This document shows, piece by piece, positions 35,496-45,982 of a DNA stretch of 64,000 nucleotides. The DNA comes from an uncultured Rhabdochlamydiaceae bacterium (GTDB lineage: Bacteria; Chlamydiota; Chlamydiia; Chlamydiales; Rhabdochlamydiaceae), in assembly GCA_963712275.1 (NCBI GenBank), contig CAVQHD010000001.1:192001-256000 (forward strand), given 5' to 3'. Under the pieces are notes generated by a model. That model searched no databases. It had not been told where the DNA came from and saw only the letters and a program-made list of their open reading frames with translations. Positions within the stretch are counted from its first letter, which is position 1. The number at the start of each line of letters is the position of its first letter. A program made the position numbers and the translations under genes.

Positions 35496-35948
35496 ATGCA
35501 CGATCAATTGACAATTTTTACTGAACGGCTTTGTCCAGGGCGTCCGGAAAAGATTGATTTAACGCTTCCCCCAGAGTTTCTAGAGCTTGACGAAGAGGAT
35601 ATTCGGTTCTCTTCTCCTTTGACTCTTCAAGGAGAGGTGTGTCGAATGGACGACCTCATCCTCATCACCTTAGCCGCTCAACTGACAATCGAAATGCCTT
35701 GCTCGATCTGTAATACCTTAACAACCATCCCACTTCAAAATAAAAACATCCTGCTATCGATTCCTTTATCCGATATTCCTGCCGGAAGCTTTAATTACAC
35801 CGAGCTCCTGCGAGAAGAAGTGATCATATCCCTCCCGCAATTTATTGAATGCCATGGGGGAGCTTGTCCCAAGCGAAAAGAGGTGCAATCTTTTCTTAAA
35901 TCAGCAGAGAAGCAAGCCCCGACCTACTTCCCTTTCGCAGAGTTGTGA
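35496..35948 (+). CDS. YceD/DUF177 family protein
   Basis: CSIC motif, LLREEVIISLP; located upstream of rpmF. Confidence 0.75.
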   Translation: MHDQLTIFTERLCPGRPEKIDLTLPPEFLELDEEDIRFSSPLTLQGEVCRMDDLILITLAAQLTIEMPCSICNTLTTIPLQNKNILLSIPLSDIPAGSFNYTELLREEVIISLPQFIECHGGACPKRKEVQSFLKSAEKQAPTYFPFAEL

Positions 35949-36000
35949 ATAAATCAGCAAGGACATATAATCTTTCTCTAGAAAATTATAGATAACCACA

Positions 36001-36082
36001 GGGAGAATACCAGAGTGGCCAAATGGGGCAGACTGTAAATCTGCTGGCTTTGCCTACGTAGGTTCGAATCCTACTTCTCCCA
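36001..36082 (+). tRNA. tRNA-Tyr(GTA)
   Basis: Acceptor stem GGGAGAA/TTCTCCC, anticodon loop CTGTAAA, long variable arm, GGTTCGAATCC; CCA not encoded. Confidence 0.96.
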
Positions 36083-36103
36083 TTAAAATAAGGAGTTTCC
36101 TCA

Positions 36104-36286
36104 ATGGCTGTTCCACGTAATCGCCTGTCGAATGCGAGAAAAAATTCTCGTCGGGCACACCATGCAAAAAAGCCCAAAAATGCCACCAATTGCTCAAATT
36201 GCAAAGGCAAAAAACTGTCTCATAAAGCTTGTCCTCACTGCGGCTATTATGCTGGGCGTTCTCTCGCTGGTGGAGAAGCAAAGTAA
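36104..36286 (+). CDS. rpmF: 50S ribosomal protein L32
   Basis: MAVPRNRLSNARKNSRRAH, CxxC...CxxC. Confidence 0.97.
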   Translation: MAVPRNRLSNARKNSRRAHHAKKPKNATNCSNCKGKKLSHKACPHCGYYAGRSLAGGEAK

Positions 36287-37232
36287 CCCGCCCCGTATAG
36301 GGGTCGATCTCATGGGAGGCGATACGCCTCCTAAGAAACTTGCTCAAGCGCTCATCGAGCTGCTCCAGGATGGCTTTCCTGCTGAGTTTGTGGTTTTTGC
36401 ATCGCCTGAAGTTGCCGGCCAGCTCCCTTCAACTTTGCAACGCATTTCTTGCCTTGAAACAATTGCAACCGAAGACGACCCTATCCTCGCCGTCCGAAGA
36501 AAAAAAGAGTCTTCTCTCTGCCAAGGGCTCCGTTTTCTGAGTAACAAAGCCATTGATGTTTTCATCTCGACTGGAAATACAGGAGCTTTACTTTTAGCCT
36601 CTAAAACAACCTTAAAAACATTGCCTGGCATTGACCGGCCAGCGCTTCTCACACTTCTTCCAACACATAAAAATGATCTCGCAGTCCTCGATGTCGGCGC
36701 AAACCTTTCCCTCAAATCTCACCATATTCTTCAATTTGCTGCAATGGGGATCGCTTACCAGAAAAGCCGCGGCATTGAGCATCCCACTGTGGGACTTCTC
36801 AACATTGGAACCGAAGCTATCAAAGGAACTCCGCAAGTGCGTGAAGCATACGCAAAACTAGAAACCCTCAATCGAACCCGCCCCACTTTTCTAGGAAATA
36901 TTGAAGGTAAGGATGTTTTTCAAGGAGGCATTGATGTTCTCGTTTCAGATGGATTTACAGGTAATATTTTTTTAAAAACCGCAGAAGGAGTCGCCTCCTT
37001 TATTCTTGAGCAGCTTGAAGGGTCCTCTTCCTTAAGGCATGAAGCCGCTCTCCTCCGTCAAAAACTATATGCTGCGGAACATCCAGGCGCTATTTTATGC
37101 GGAGTCGATGGGATTGTCATTAAATGCCATAGCGATACAACGCCTTCCACCCTCATGATGTCGATCAAGGGTGCCGTCCGACTTGTTAAACAAAAATTTT
37201 TAGAAAAAATCGTTCTGAACCTATCCCGATAA
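36249..37232 (+). CDS. plsX: Phosphate acyltransferase PlsX (start 36249 or GTG 36270)
   Basis: GVDLMGGD, STGNTGA, LDVGAN, LLNIGTE, DGFTGN. Confidence 0.95.
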   Translation: MLGVLSLVEKQSNPPRIGVDLMGGDTPPKKLAQALIELLQDGFPAEFVVFASPEVAGQLPSTLQRISCLETIATEDDPILAVRRKKESSLCQGLRFLSNKAIDVFISTGNTGALLLASKTTLKTLPGIDRPALLTLLPTHKNDLAVLDVGANLSLKSHHILQFAAMGIAYQKSRGIEHPTVGLLNIGTEAIKGTPQVREAYAKLETLNRTRPTFLGNIEGKDVFQGGIDVLVSDGFTGNIFLKTAEGVASFILEQLEGSSSLRHEAALLRQKLYAAEHPGAILCGVDGIVIKCHSDTTPSTLMMSIKGAVRLVKQKFLEKIVLNLSR

Positions 37233-37241
37233 ACAGGGAAG

Positions 37242-37443
37242 AGGAAATTAGAGCAGATACTTAAAACTTTTGTCGAGTCAGGCTTATTTACATTTTTTTA
37301 CCACCGAGACACGGAGGGGGATGAGATTGCACAGAGGAAAAAAATTTCCTCTGTGCAATCTCATCCCCCTCCGTGTCTCGGTGGTAAAAAAATGTAAATA
37401 AGCCTGACTCGACAAAAGTTTTAAGCATCTGCTCTAATTTCCT
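37242..37443. repeat. 202-bp near-perfect palindrome (99-bp arms, 4-nt loop, 1 mismatch)
   Basis: Arms read and paired by hand. Confidence 0.92.
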
Positions 37444-37520
37444 ATGCCCTATCCTGATAAAAAGTTTCAGTCGATTTTTAGACCTCTAGTGTATAAAATG
37501 GCATCTGACAGGACAACTCC

Positions 37521-39059
37521 ATGAATCAAGAAATTCTTATCAATATTGAATCGAAAGAGACCCGGTGCGCCTTCTTAAAAAATGGGATCCTTCACGATTT
37601 GGTGATTGAGCGAAAAAATAACCGCCCGCTGACAGGCAACATTTATCGAGGACGCGTGAAGAGCATCCTCCACAATATTCAATCTGCCTTTATTGATATC
37701 AATGAAGGGGAAAATGGATTTATTCACATTTCCGATATCTTGGAAAATACCCAAAAATTCCAAGAATTGTTTGATATGGATTTTGATATTGCCCTCCTGC
37801 AAAGCCAATCCAAAAAAACTCGGGAAACCGATATCGCCAAAATTTTAAAACAAGACCAGCCCGTTCTGGTTCAGGTTGTGAAAGAACCGATTGGGTCGAA
37901 AGGAGCCCGCCTAACATCCAATGTTTCAATCGCAGGCCGGTACTTAGTCCTTCTTCCTAACACTCCTCATCGCGGCGTTTCTCGAAAAATCGAGGAGAGA
38001 GCGGACCGAGAGAGGCTGAAGAAACTCATTCAAGCCTTTGAAATGCCTCATGACATGGGACTTATTTGCCGCACCGCAAGCGTCAATGCGTCTGAAGAGC
38101 AGCTCATCCAAGAAGCGCATGATCTTTTGGCTTCATGGAAAGAGATCATGGAAAAATTTGAAAAATCGACAAAGTCAATGTGCCTTTTTGAAGAGTCAGA
38201 TCTAATTAAGCGGGCCATTTTAACAGCCATTGATCGAAAATACCAGAGGATTCTCGTCGATGACTATGGAACCTTCCAACGATTAAAGCAGCTCGCACAC
38301 CGCTTCATGGAAGAAGATCTCAAAATCGAACTCTATCGCGATAAAATCCCCATGTTTGAAAGGTTCGGCATTGAACGTGAAATCGAGAAAGCGCTTCGCC
38401 GAAAAATTTGGCTGCCGAGTGGCGGCTACCTCTTTTTTGATCGAACTGAAGCGATGCTTACTATCGATGTCAATTCAGGACGCAGCAAAGACAAAAAATC
38501 GACTTCTGATGTTGAGGAATCACTTGTCCGTATCAACATGGAAGCGGCTGAAGAGCTCGCCCGCCAGCTCCGCCTCCGTAATATTGGAGGATTGATCGTT
38601 TGCGACTTTATCGATATGAGGCTGCGCAAAAATCAAAAGCGGGTCTTAGAAAAACTCAAAGACTCCATGAAAGAAGATTCGGCAAAATGCACAATTTTAG
38701 AAATGAGCGAATTTGGACTTATCGAAATGACTCGTCAACGGCATCGAGAATCACTTGCTCAAATGATGTATACCTCCTGCCCCTATTGCATGGGAATTGG
38801 AATGGTGAAAACCCACGAAAGCGTTTCCATCGAAATCGAACGGTGCCTTAAAAAACTCATTCAGCAAGAAGAGCAATACGCCCTCCAGCTTGTCTCTCAT
38901 CCAAGCTTGGACCATTTTTTACACTCTCATGATAAAGGAAATTTTAGAAAACTAGCTGAAAAATTGAATGCAGACCTTAAATTTACAACGAATGACACAC
39001 TGCACCTAAATGAATTTCAGTTTTATTCCACGACGAATGGAAAACTGCTCGATATTTGA
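37521..39059 (+). CDS. rne: Ribonuclease E/G family
   Basis: GNIYRGRV, QVVKEPIGSKGARLT, IDVNSG, GGLIVCDFIDM, CPYC. Confidence 0.93.
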   Translation: MNQEILINIESKETRCAFLKNGILHDLVIERKNNRPLTGNIYRGRVKSILHNIQSAFIDINEGENGFIHISDILENTQKFQELFDMDFDIALLQSQSKKTRETDIAKILKQDQPVLVQVVKEPIGSKGARLTSNVSIAGRYLVLLPNTPHRGVSRKIEERADRERLKKLIQAFEMPHDMGLICRTASVNASEEQLIQEAHDLLASWKEIMEKFEKSTKSMCLFEESDLIKRAILTAIDRKYQRILVDDYGTFQRLKQLAHRFMEEDLKIELYRDKIPMFERFGIEREIEKALRRKIWLPSGGYLFFDRTEAMLTIDVNSGRSKDKKSTSDVEESLVRINMEAAEELARQLRLRNIGGLIVCDFIDMRLRKNQKRVLEKLKDSMKEDSAKCTILEMSEFGLIEMTRQRHRESLAQMMYTSCPYCMGIGMVKTHESVSIEIERCLKKLIQQEEQYALQLVSHPSLDHFLHSHDKGNFRKLAEKLNADLKFTTNDTLHLNEFQFYSTTNGKLLDI

Positions 39060-40044
39060 CTATCTGCTGCAAGAAGCTCGAAAAGAAGGGTGGTTGTCTG
39101 AAAAAGTCAGTGCCACTCTTTCTCATTTCATTCAGGGCTATGCTCAGGCTACAAAAGAATCGGCTTCTCACGAGACAATTCTCGCATGGTTTAAAACCTT
39201 TCTGAAGCTGCTCAAGGAAGAGATCTCTTCTCCTTTTGTCTTTCAACCCTACCACCAGCGGATTCGGTCTCCTTTTGATTATTACGCTTTCGGCAACGAT
39301 TTCTTCTATCCTTTAGTTGACCGGTCTCGTTCAAAGATCCTCGGTCACGACTATCTCAAGCACATTCAATACCTCCTTGAGCAAGGAGATAATGTGATTT
39401 TTCTAGCAAACCATCAAATCGAAGCAGACCCTCAAGCCATCAGCCTACTTCTCGATGACCTATATCCTAATTTTGCTGAAAACATGATTTTCGTGGCCGG
39501 AGAACGGGTGATCACAGATCCTTTTGCCATCCCCTTCAGCATGGGACGCAATCTCCTCTGTATTTACTCCAAACGTTATATCGATCATCCCCCCGAGAAA
39601 AAAGTTGAAAAGCAGCTTCACAATAAACGAACGATGGAGCTCATGAGCCTTCTATTAAAGGAAGGAGGAAAATCGATCTATGTCGCCCCCAGTGGAGGCA
39701 GAGACCGCCCCAACCAGCAAGGTATCATTGATGTCGCCCCCTTCGATCCAGGAAGTATTGAACTCTTTTACCTCATGGCTCAAAAGGCTGGAACTCTTAC
39801 CCATTTTTACCCAATGTCCCTTGTCACCTACGATGTGCTCCCACCCCCTGAAACAATCCAAATTGAGCTCGGCGAAACCCGGGTCACAGGAAGAGCCCCC
39901 ATCCATCTTGCTATTGGAGCTCCCCTACAAATGGATGCGTTTCCAGGATGCCATTCCACCGACAAGCGGACGCGCAGGCAAGCCCGTGCAGACTATATTT
40001 GGAACGAAGTCCGAAAAAATTATCAACTGCTTCAAAAGCACTGA
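39037..40044 (+). CDS. plsB: Glycerol-3-phosphate acyltransferase (plant plastid-like)
   Basis: NHQIEADP, PFSMGRNLLCIYSK, APSGGRDRP. Confidence 0.9.
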   Translation: MENCSIFDYLLQEARKEGWLSEKVSATLSHFIQGYAQATKESASHETILAWFKTFLKLLKEEISSPFVFQPYHQRIRSPFDYYAFGNDFFYPLVDRSRSKILGHDYLKHIQYLLEQGDNVIFLANHQIEADPQAISLLLDDLYPNFAENMIFVAGERVITDPFAIPFSMGRNLLCIYSKRYIDHPPEKKVEKQLHNKRTMELMSLLLKEGGKSIYVAPSGGRDRPNQQGIIDVAPFDPGSIELFYLMAQKAGTLTHFYPMSLVTYDVLPPPETIQIELGETRVTGRAPIHLAIGAPLQMDAFPGCHSTDKRTRRQARADYIWNEVRKNYQLLQKH

Positions 40045-40072
40045 TTTGTTTGGGTATAGTCAGATAATTTAA

Positions 40073-40123
40073 ACACAGAGCACACTGAGAAAACTCTGCT
40101 TAATTTTTTCTCAGTGCTCTGTG
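40073..40123. repeat. REP-like imperfect hairpin
   Basis: CACAGAGCACACTGAGAAAA...TTTTCTCAGTGCTCTGTGG. Confidence 0.6.
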
Positions 40124-40189
40124 GTTAAAAAAATGTTTTATACAACAAGACCAATTTGTTATATGTTTATATAATCCCGTAGGAGAACT

Positions 40190-43069
40190 ATGAAAAAATG
40201 GTTTTTGACTCTTGCTATTCTTTTCTCGAGCTTCCTTGCTGCAGAGACAAGTTATTACCAGGTCCCAGATGAGTGCACTCTCAAGATCTTAACTCCCGAC
40301 CTTGCAGATCTTAAAACAGCAAAAATACGGCTCTCCAATGGCCTTGAAGCCTACCTGGTTTCCGATCCTGGCGCTCACATGTCGGCCACCGCCCTCTCTG
40401 TCAACGCAGGTTCTTGGCAAGATCCCGATGAGTATCCCGGCATGGCCCACTTCCTTGAGCATATGCTGTTCATGGGAACAGAAGCTTACCCCAAAGAGTT
40501 TGAATATATGCAATACATTCACGATCACGGAGGAGATGTCAATGCCTATACAGCTTCCGATCGAACCGTCTATGGATTTTCTATCAACCATGAGGGGCTG
40601 AAAGGAGCTATTGATCGGTTTTCCCATTTTTTTATCGACCCCCTTTTTCACCCTTCCTCTATTGGCCGTGAGCTGCATGCAGTCGATCAGGAACATGGGA
40701 AAAATGTCGAGCATGATCTTTGGCGAGCTTATATGGTTCTTAAAGAAACAGGCAACCCTACCCATCCAAATAGAGGTTTTGGAACCGGAAATGCATCGAC
40801 CCTCTCAGGCATCCCATCCAAAGCTCTTCAAGAGTGGTACCAAACGCATTACAGTGCAAACCGGATGCATCTTGTCATCGTCTCTTCTCTTCCTATTGAA
40901 GAAATGGTTACGCTTGCAGTGGACCATTTCTCTCCCATCATCAATCGAAATCTGCCGCCTCCAACCTACCCCTTCGAGTTATTTTCCAAAGAACAACTAG
41001 GCCACTTGCTCTATATTAAACCTGTGAAAGACCTGAAAAGGCTTTCACTAACTTGGCAGCTTCCGATATCGATTGCCATGGATCAAGAGACGCATGTCTC
41101 AGAGCTTGTCACCTATGCGCTTGAAAATGGCACCGAAAATGGGCTCTCGGAAGAACTAAAGCGAGAAAAGTTGATCGAAGAGCTTTCTGTATCAACTAAT
41201 CAATTAAGCCAAGAGTGCATGCTGATGGATATCGGTTTGTCTCTCACGGAAAAGGGCGTCAAGAACCTCGATGCCGTCATCGAGCGAACATTCCAAGCCT
41301 TAGCCCGCCTCAGAGAGACAGGTATTCCCCGTTTTATTTTTGATGAACAGAAAAGACTTGCTACAATCGGTTATGAATATCAATCGCGAGATGATGCCTT
41401 TACCGTTGTAATGGACATTGCAGGCGATCTATCTTATGAAAAATTAGAAACCTATCCTCAAAAAACAGTGGCCGCTTCCATTTATGACCCCGATCAAGTT
41501 CATACACTTCTTCATGCACTAACACCTCAATCCTGTATCTATCTTGTCTTAGCAGACTCAAAATGGACCGGTATCTCTCCTACCATGCATGAAAAATGGA
41601 TGAATGCCGCTTATACATTACGTGAAGTCCCCCAAGAAAAACTCACAGCGTGGGCAGAAGTGCCGCCCCACGCTCAAATTGATCTTCCCCCGCCCAATCC
41701 ATATCTTCCCGACTCTTTAGCTCTTGTCCCTTCCACTTCCCCACCCGCCTTAGCTCCTGAAACGATTTCTCATGATGAACTGGGCCATCTTTACTTCCAG
41801 CAAGACCAAAAATACCGCGTTCCAGAGGTGGGAGCAATTTTCTCAATAAAAACACCAGCAATGGAAGGTTCTGCAAAGTCGAGAGTCTTATTTGATCTGT
41901 ATATAAGAGCTTTGGAAGAGGCCCTAAACTCTACCCTTTTTTTTGCATCCGAAGCTCGTCTTTGCTTAAAACTCTCTCAAAGTGATGATAATTTTGTGAT
42001 CAGTATCGATGGCTATAGTGAAAAAATGCCTCTCTTTTTAAATACCATCTTTTCATCTCTTCATCATGTCTCTCCGACAGCTGCAGAATTTGAGGTTTAC
42101 AAAAAGTCGCTCCTTTCATCCTATGATAACGCCTCTAAAGAACTCCCCCTTCGTCAAGGGATGCAGCTTCTCAACAGCATCCTCTTCAATGATAACCCTA
42201 CTCCTAAAGCTCGCCATCAAGCCCTCCAGGAAATCTCTTACGAACATTTTCTCTCTTTTGCTCATGAAGTTTTCCAGAAAACCTACACTGAAGCTTTGAT
42301 TTACGGAAACTTAAGCCGCACAGAGGCTGAGGACATCTGGAGTGACTTTAGAACAGCTCTCCATTCGGCTTCATTTCCTGTATCAGAGCATTACCGAAAA
42401 GGGGTCTTAATTCCTTCAGATCAGCAAGGCCCTTATATGATTTCCGAAGTAACCGAGCGTCAAGGAAACGGCACCGTCCTAATGCTCCATGAAGCCCCTT
42501 TTTCCATGGAGAATCGAGCTGTTCAGCAAATCTTATCGAGCGCGCTTCAAGGCGATTTCTTTGACACTCTTCGTACGAAGCAGCAAACAGGTTACATTGC
42601 CTCTTCATGGGATATCGAGGTCGAAGATCAACTTCTTCAATTCTTTGGAGTCCAGTCTATCACGCATCAATCATCGGAACTCTTATCTCGATTTGAGCTG
42701 TTTTTGGAAGAGTTTTCCCGCCATATGGATGAAAAAATACCTCTTGAGCGGTTTAACACACTCAAGCAATCGCTCATTAAAGAGCTCGGCATGCCCTCCG
42801 AAAACATTCCCAGTAAAGCAGCCCTCCTCAATCACCTAGCTTTTGAAAAAAAAGGAGATTTCGATTGGCTTCAAAAACGGATCTCGACCGTTCAAGCCCT
42901 CTCTTACGAAACATTTCTGAAAACCGCCTCTTCCTTTCTCTCCAGACAAAATCATCGACGCCTGGCGGTTTTAATGGAAGGGGTTCTACCTGCAAAAAAT
43001 CAATTTCGATATGAGCCGATCTCTCAGGAAAAGATCCGCGACCTTGGGCCTTATATCTCAGCTAACTAG
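40190..43069 (+). CDS. ptr: Insulinase/pitrilysin-family (M16) protease III
   Basis: Signal peptide, AHFLEHMLFMGT, NAYT, FFDTLRTKQQTGY. Confidence 0.93.
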   Translation: MKKWFLTLAILFSSFLAAETSYYQVPDECTLKILTPDLADLKTAKIRLSNGLEAYLVSDPGAHMSATALSVNAGSWQDPDEYPGMAHFLEHMLFMGTEAYPKEFEYMQYIHDHGGDVNAYTASDRTVYGFSINHEGLKGAIDRFSHFFIDPLFHPSSIGRELHAVDQEHGKNVEHDLWRAYMVLKETGNPTHPNRGFGTGNASTLSGIPSKALQEWYQTHYSANRMHLVIVSSLPIEEMVTLAVDHFSPIINRNLPPPTYPFELFSKEQLGHLLYIKPVKDLKRLSLTWQLPISIAMDQETHVSELVTYALENGTENGLSEELKREKLIEELSVSTNQLSQECMLMDIGLSLTEKGVKNLDAVIERTFQALARLRETGIPRFIFDEQKRLATIGYEYQSRDDAFTVVMDIAGDLSYEKLETYPQKTVAASIYDPDQVHTLLHALTPQSCIYLVLADSKWTGISPTMHEKWMNAAYTLREVPQEKLTAWAEVPPHAQIDLPPPNPYLPDSLALVPSTSPPALAPETISHDELGHLYFQQDQKYRVPEVGAIFSIKTPAMEGSAKSRVLFDLYIRALEEALNSTLFFASEARLCLKLSQSDDNFVISIDGYSEKMPLFLNTIFSSLHHVSPTAAEFEVYKKSLLSSYDNASKELPLRQGMQLLNSILFNDNPTPKARHQALQEISYEHFLSFAHEVFQKTYTEALIYGNLSRTEAEDIWSDFRTALHSASFPVSEHYRKGVLIPSDQQGPYMISEVTERQGNGTVLMLHEAPFSMENRAVQQILSSALQGDFFDTLRTKQQTGYIASSWDIEVEDQLLQFFGVQSITHQSSELLSRFELFLEEFSRHMDEKIPLERFNTLKQSLIKELGMPSENIPSKAALLNHLAFEKKGDFDWLQKRISTVQALSYETFLKTASSFLSRQNHRRLAVLMEGVLPAKNQFRYEPISQEKIRDLGPYISAN

Positions 43070-43620
43070 GCCTTAGAAGCTGTCTTAACCCAAGCGTATG
43101 TCACCCAATCTCGAAACGTCAGGGAAATCCCTTTGAGCTGCGCATCTTTCAAAAAGTACCGTAGAATATTTTGAGTGTCTCCCACGACCGCCTTATCCAA
43201 CCTTCCTATCGACCGGCGCATTGAGTTTTCATCTTGAATCCTATCACATTGAGCCGCAAAGCTCGCTTTCCATGTTTTTTGCTCTTTTTCAGATAAATAG
43301 GGAGCCACAAATCCGACTCGAGGATCTGCAGGCTGCCCTTTTTGTATAAACACCACTTCTAATTCTCCATTGCTGGTAGGAAGAAAGGAAATCGATAGAA
43401 TATCAGGGGATGCTAACATCTGAATAATGCACCGTGTTTTCCAAAAAAGGGGATCGTTTTTCTCAACACATGCTTCATAGTCATCTCTTACTTTTAAGAG
43501 ATTTTCTTTTCCCCACTCCTCCACCGTTTCTATCATGTCCGCTGCAGAAGAGAGTTGGGACTGCATTCTACATCGCTCTGGGCTAAAGGTGCCTGAGATA
43601 ACGACTGCTGTGATACTCAT
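43066..43620 (-). CDS. Hypothetical protein, paralog A
   Basis: Near-identical to 45429-45977; start set to MSITAVV by homology. Confidence 0.65.
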   Translation of the reverse strand: MSITAVVISGTFSPERCRMQSQLSSAADMIETVEEWGKENLLKVRDDYEACVEKNDPLFWKTRCIIQMLASPDILSISFLPTSNGELEVVFIQKGQPADPRVGFVAPYLSEKEQKTWKASFAAQCDRIQDENSMRRSIGRLDKAVVGDTQNILRYFLKDAQLKGISLTFRDWVTYAWVKTASKA

Positions 43621-43671
43621 GCCGGATAATATTATTCGGATCACGATAAAATTTCAATCTCACTGAGTGAC

Positions 43672-45357
43672 TTAGTAAGCTTTTGAGCGAATCATCACGT
43701 CTTTCCCTTTAAACGCTAGTCCGAGATGTAAAATGCGGCTAACACCGCGATTTTTTAGCTCTAAATCATATTTGCGATCTTCGATCTGCTTGAGGGCAGA
43801 AGCGACGGCTGATTCTAGATCGCTTTCCTCAAAGCGACCGATCTTTTTAAACTCCATGACCACGCCTAAGTCTCGAAGGTTTTTAGGAATGAGCATGACA
43901 TCGTATCTACCGTAGCCACTTTCACGATTCGACTTCACTTCATACCGATCTTTCAGTCCGATGAGGACTCCTAATACGAAAGCGTGGTAAATTTTTTCGG
44001 GTTCTTCTGTAGAAACATCAAAAAAACTAAAGGAGGAGAGAAGAAACTCTTGAAAGATTTGAGAAAAGGTAGCGACATCACCGGTAATTAAACTTTGGAG
44101 CAACGTTTGGTAGTTAGGCTCACGAATTGTTTCCTCAAACCATTTGAGAATGATGGAGCGATAAAGCTCTTTAACTTCCATGTTGGGAATACGTAGCTGA
44201 CAGGGAGTTCCATAAACAGGTGTTGCCCCAATTGATAAGTAGCCACTGAATAAAAGTAATGACCAAAGGGCCTTAGAATTTTTTTCCAAATCTGCAAAAA
44301 CGGTTCCCTCTTCAATGATTTTCTCCACAGTGCCGCCTTTCATAAGCTCCTCGATGTCCGCTTTGAAATCTTCTGTCCCTTGGGTAATCAATTGTTTCAT
44401 CAAAGCATTATCGCTCGTGTTGACCCAATAAGGAGCTAAGGCTCCTTTTTTGGCAATGCAGTTTAAAACAGACCATGGATTGTAAATCTCCCCGCATGAA
44501 CCAATTCGATAGCCGTTATACCACTGCCGTATAGAATCCCATTTATCAAGGAGTTTATACTCTTCTAAGAGCGCCTTGACTTCCGACTCAGTCAATCCAA
44601 ACTTATCCTGAAAATCCTCACTTAGGATGGTAAAAGTGGTGATATTATTAAGACCTGAAAAAATACTTTCTTTCGCAACGCGCAAGATACCGGTGAGAAC
44701 ACCTCGTTCTAAAAAAGAATTATCTTTTAACCCTCCTGACAACCAGTTTCTCAAAAACGAGATCAATTCATCATAGTACCCGCCGATATAAGCTGCGTGG
44801 GCAGGAGTGTCATATTCATCAATCAGAAGGATCACACGTTTTTTGTGATAGCGGCAAAGCCACTTGGTGAGCAGCTTGAGGCTTTGTTCATATAAAGTTT
44901 GATCTCCTTGTTTATAAATAATGGCCTGATAGTCTTCTTTTTCAGAACCATCTAAAATAGAGTCATCTAAAAGATAGGGATGTAAGTGAAAAGCCTCGGA
45001 GATCACCCTCTTCAATGACGCAAAACTCTTTTCCCACGAGGCGTGTTTGACATCTTTGAGAGAGATAAAAATGACAGGAAATTGCCCTTGGAGAGCTTGA
45101 CATTTCTCATCTTGCCAAATTTTTAGGGGTCGGAACAGATAACTCGTATCTTGCGGGTTTTTTTCGAAAAAATAGCGCAACATCGATAGGTTGAGCGTCT
45201 TGCCAAACCGACGCAGACGGGGGATAAGGGCAACTTCAGTCCCTTTACTGATAAGTTCTTGGACCAAAAGCGTTTTATCAACATAAATATAGCAGTCATC
45301 AATAAGTTTTTTAAAATCACTCAGCCCAATTGGAAGCAATTTTTGATGATCATCCAT
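43672..45357 (-). CDS. AAA-ATPase-like + PD-(D/E)XK nuclease (PDDEXK_9-type) protein
   Basis: LPIGLSDFK, YVDKT, RRFGKT, LIDEYD, SIFSGLNN, YNPWS, NRESGYGRYD, MEFK. Confidence 0.9.
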   Translation of the reverse strand: MDDHQKLLPIGLSDFKKLIDDCYIYVDKTLLVQELISKGTEVALIPRLRRFGKTLNLSMLRYFFEKNPQDTSYLFRPLKIWQDEKCQALQGQFPVIFISLKDVKHASWEKSFASLKRVISEAFHLHPYLLDDSILDGSEKEDYQAIIYKQGDQTLYEQSLKLLTKWLCRYHKKRVILLIDEYDTPAHAAYIGGYYDELISFLRNWLSGGLKDNSFLERGVLTGILRVAKESIFSGLNNITTFTILSEDFQDKFGLTESEVKALLEEYKLLDKWDSIRQWYNGYRIGSCGEIYNPWSVLNCIAKKGALAPYWVNTSDNALMKQLITQGTEDFKADIEELMKGGTVEKIIEEGTVFADLEKNSKALWSLLLFSGYLSIGATPVYGTPCQLRIPNMEVKELYRSIILKWFEETIREPNYQTLLQSLITGDVATFSQIFQEFLLSSFSFFDVSTEEPEKIYHAFVLGVLIGLKDRYEVKSNRESGYGRYDVMLIPKNLRDLGVVMEFKKIGRFEESDLESAVASALKQIEDRKYDLELKNRGVSRILHLGLAFKGKDVMIRSKAY

Positions 45358-45428
45358 AAACTACAATTATATCTACGAAGAGCAATAGGAACCATCGGTT
45401 TTTATCCTCTAGCGACGAAACCTGAGTT

Positions 45429-45977
45429 TTAAGACAGCTTCTTAACCCAAGCGTATGTCACCCGATCTTGAAACGTCAGGGAAATCCCTTTGAGGCGCGC
45501 ATCTTTCAAAAAGTACCGTAGAATATTTTGGGTATCTTCCATGACAGCCTTATCTAGCTTTCCTATCGACTGGCGCATTGAGTTTTCATCTTGAATCCTA
45601 TCACATTGAGCCGCAAAGCTCGCTTTCCATGTTTTTTGCTCTTTTTCAGATAAATAGGGAGCCACAAATCCTATTCGAGGATCTGCAAACTGCCCTTTTT
45701 GTATAAATACCACTTCTAATTCTCCATTGCTGGTAGGAAGAAAAGAAATCGATAGAATATCAGGGGATGTTAACATCTGAGTAATGCATCGTGTTTTCCA
45801 AAAAAGGGGATCTCTTTTCTCAAAACACGTTTCATAGTTATCTCTTACCTTTAAGAGATTTTCTTTTTCCCACTCCTCCACCGTTTCTATCATATCCGCT
45901 GCAGAAGAGAGTCGGGACTGCCTGCTGCATTGCTCAGGGCTAAAGGTGCCTGAAATAACGACTGCTGTGATACTCAT
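45429..45977 (-). CDS. Hypothetical protein, paralog B
   Basis: Direct repeat of ~535 bp with 43084-43620. Confidence 0.65.
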   Translation of the reverse strand: MSITAVVISGTFSPEQCSRQSRLSSAADMIETVEEWEKENLLKVRDNYETCFEKRDPLFWKTRCITQMLTSPDILSISFLPTSNGELEVVFIQKGQFADPRIGFVAPYLSEKEQKTWKASFAAQCDRIQDENSMRQSIGKLDKAVMEDTQNILRYFLKDARLKGISLTFQDRVTYAWVKKLS

Positions 45978-45982
45978 TAAGA

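Noticed and set aside
39037..40044. Plant-like PlsB, UGP3-like enzyme and SWIB protein as recent eukaryotic transfers
   Set aside because: PlsB and SWIB are established chlamydial genes in conserved synteny, and plant-like genes are common in Chlamydiota.
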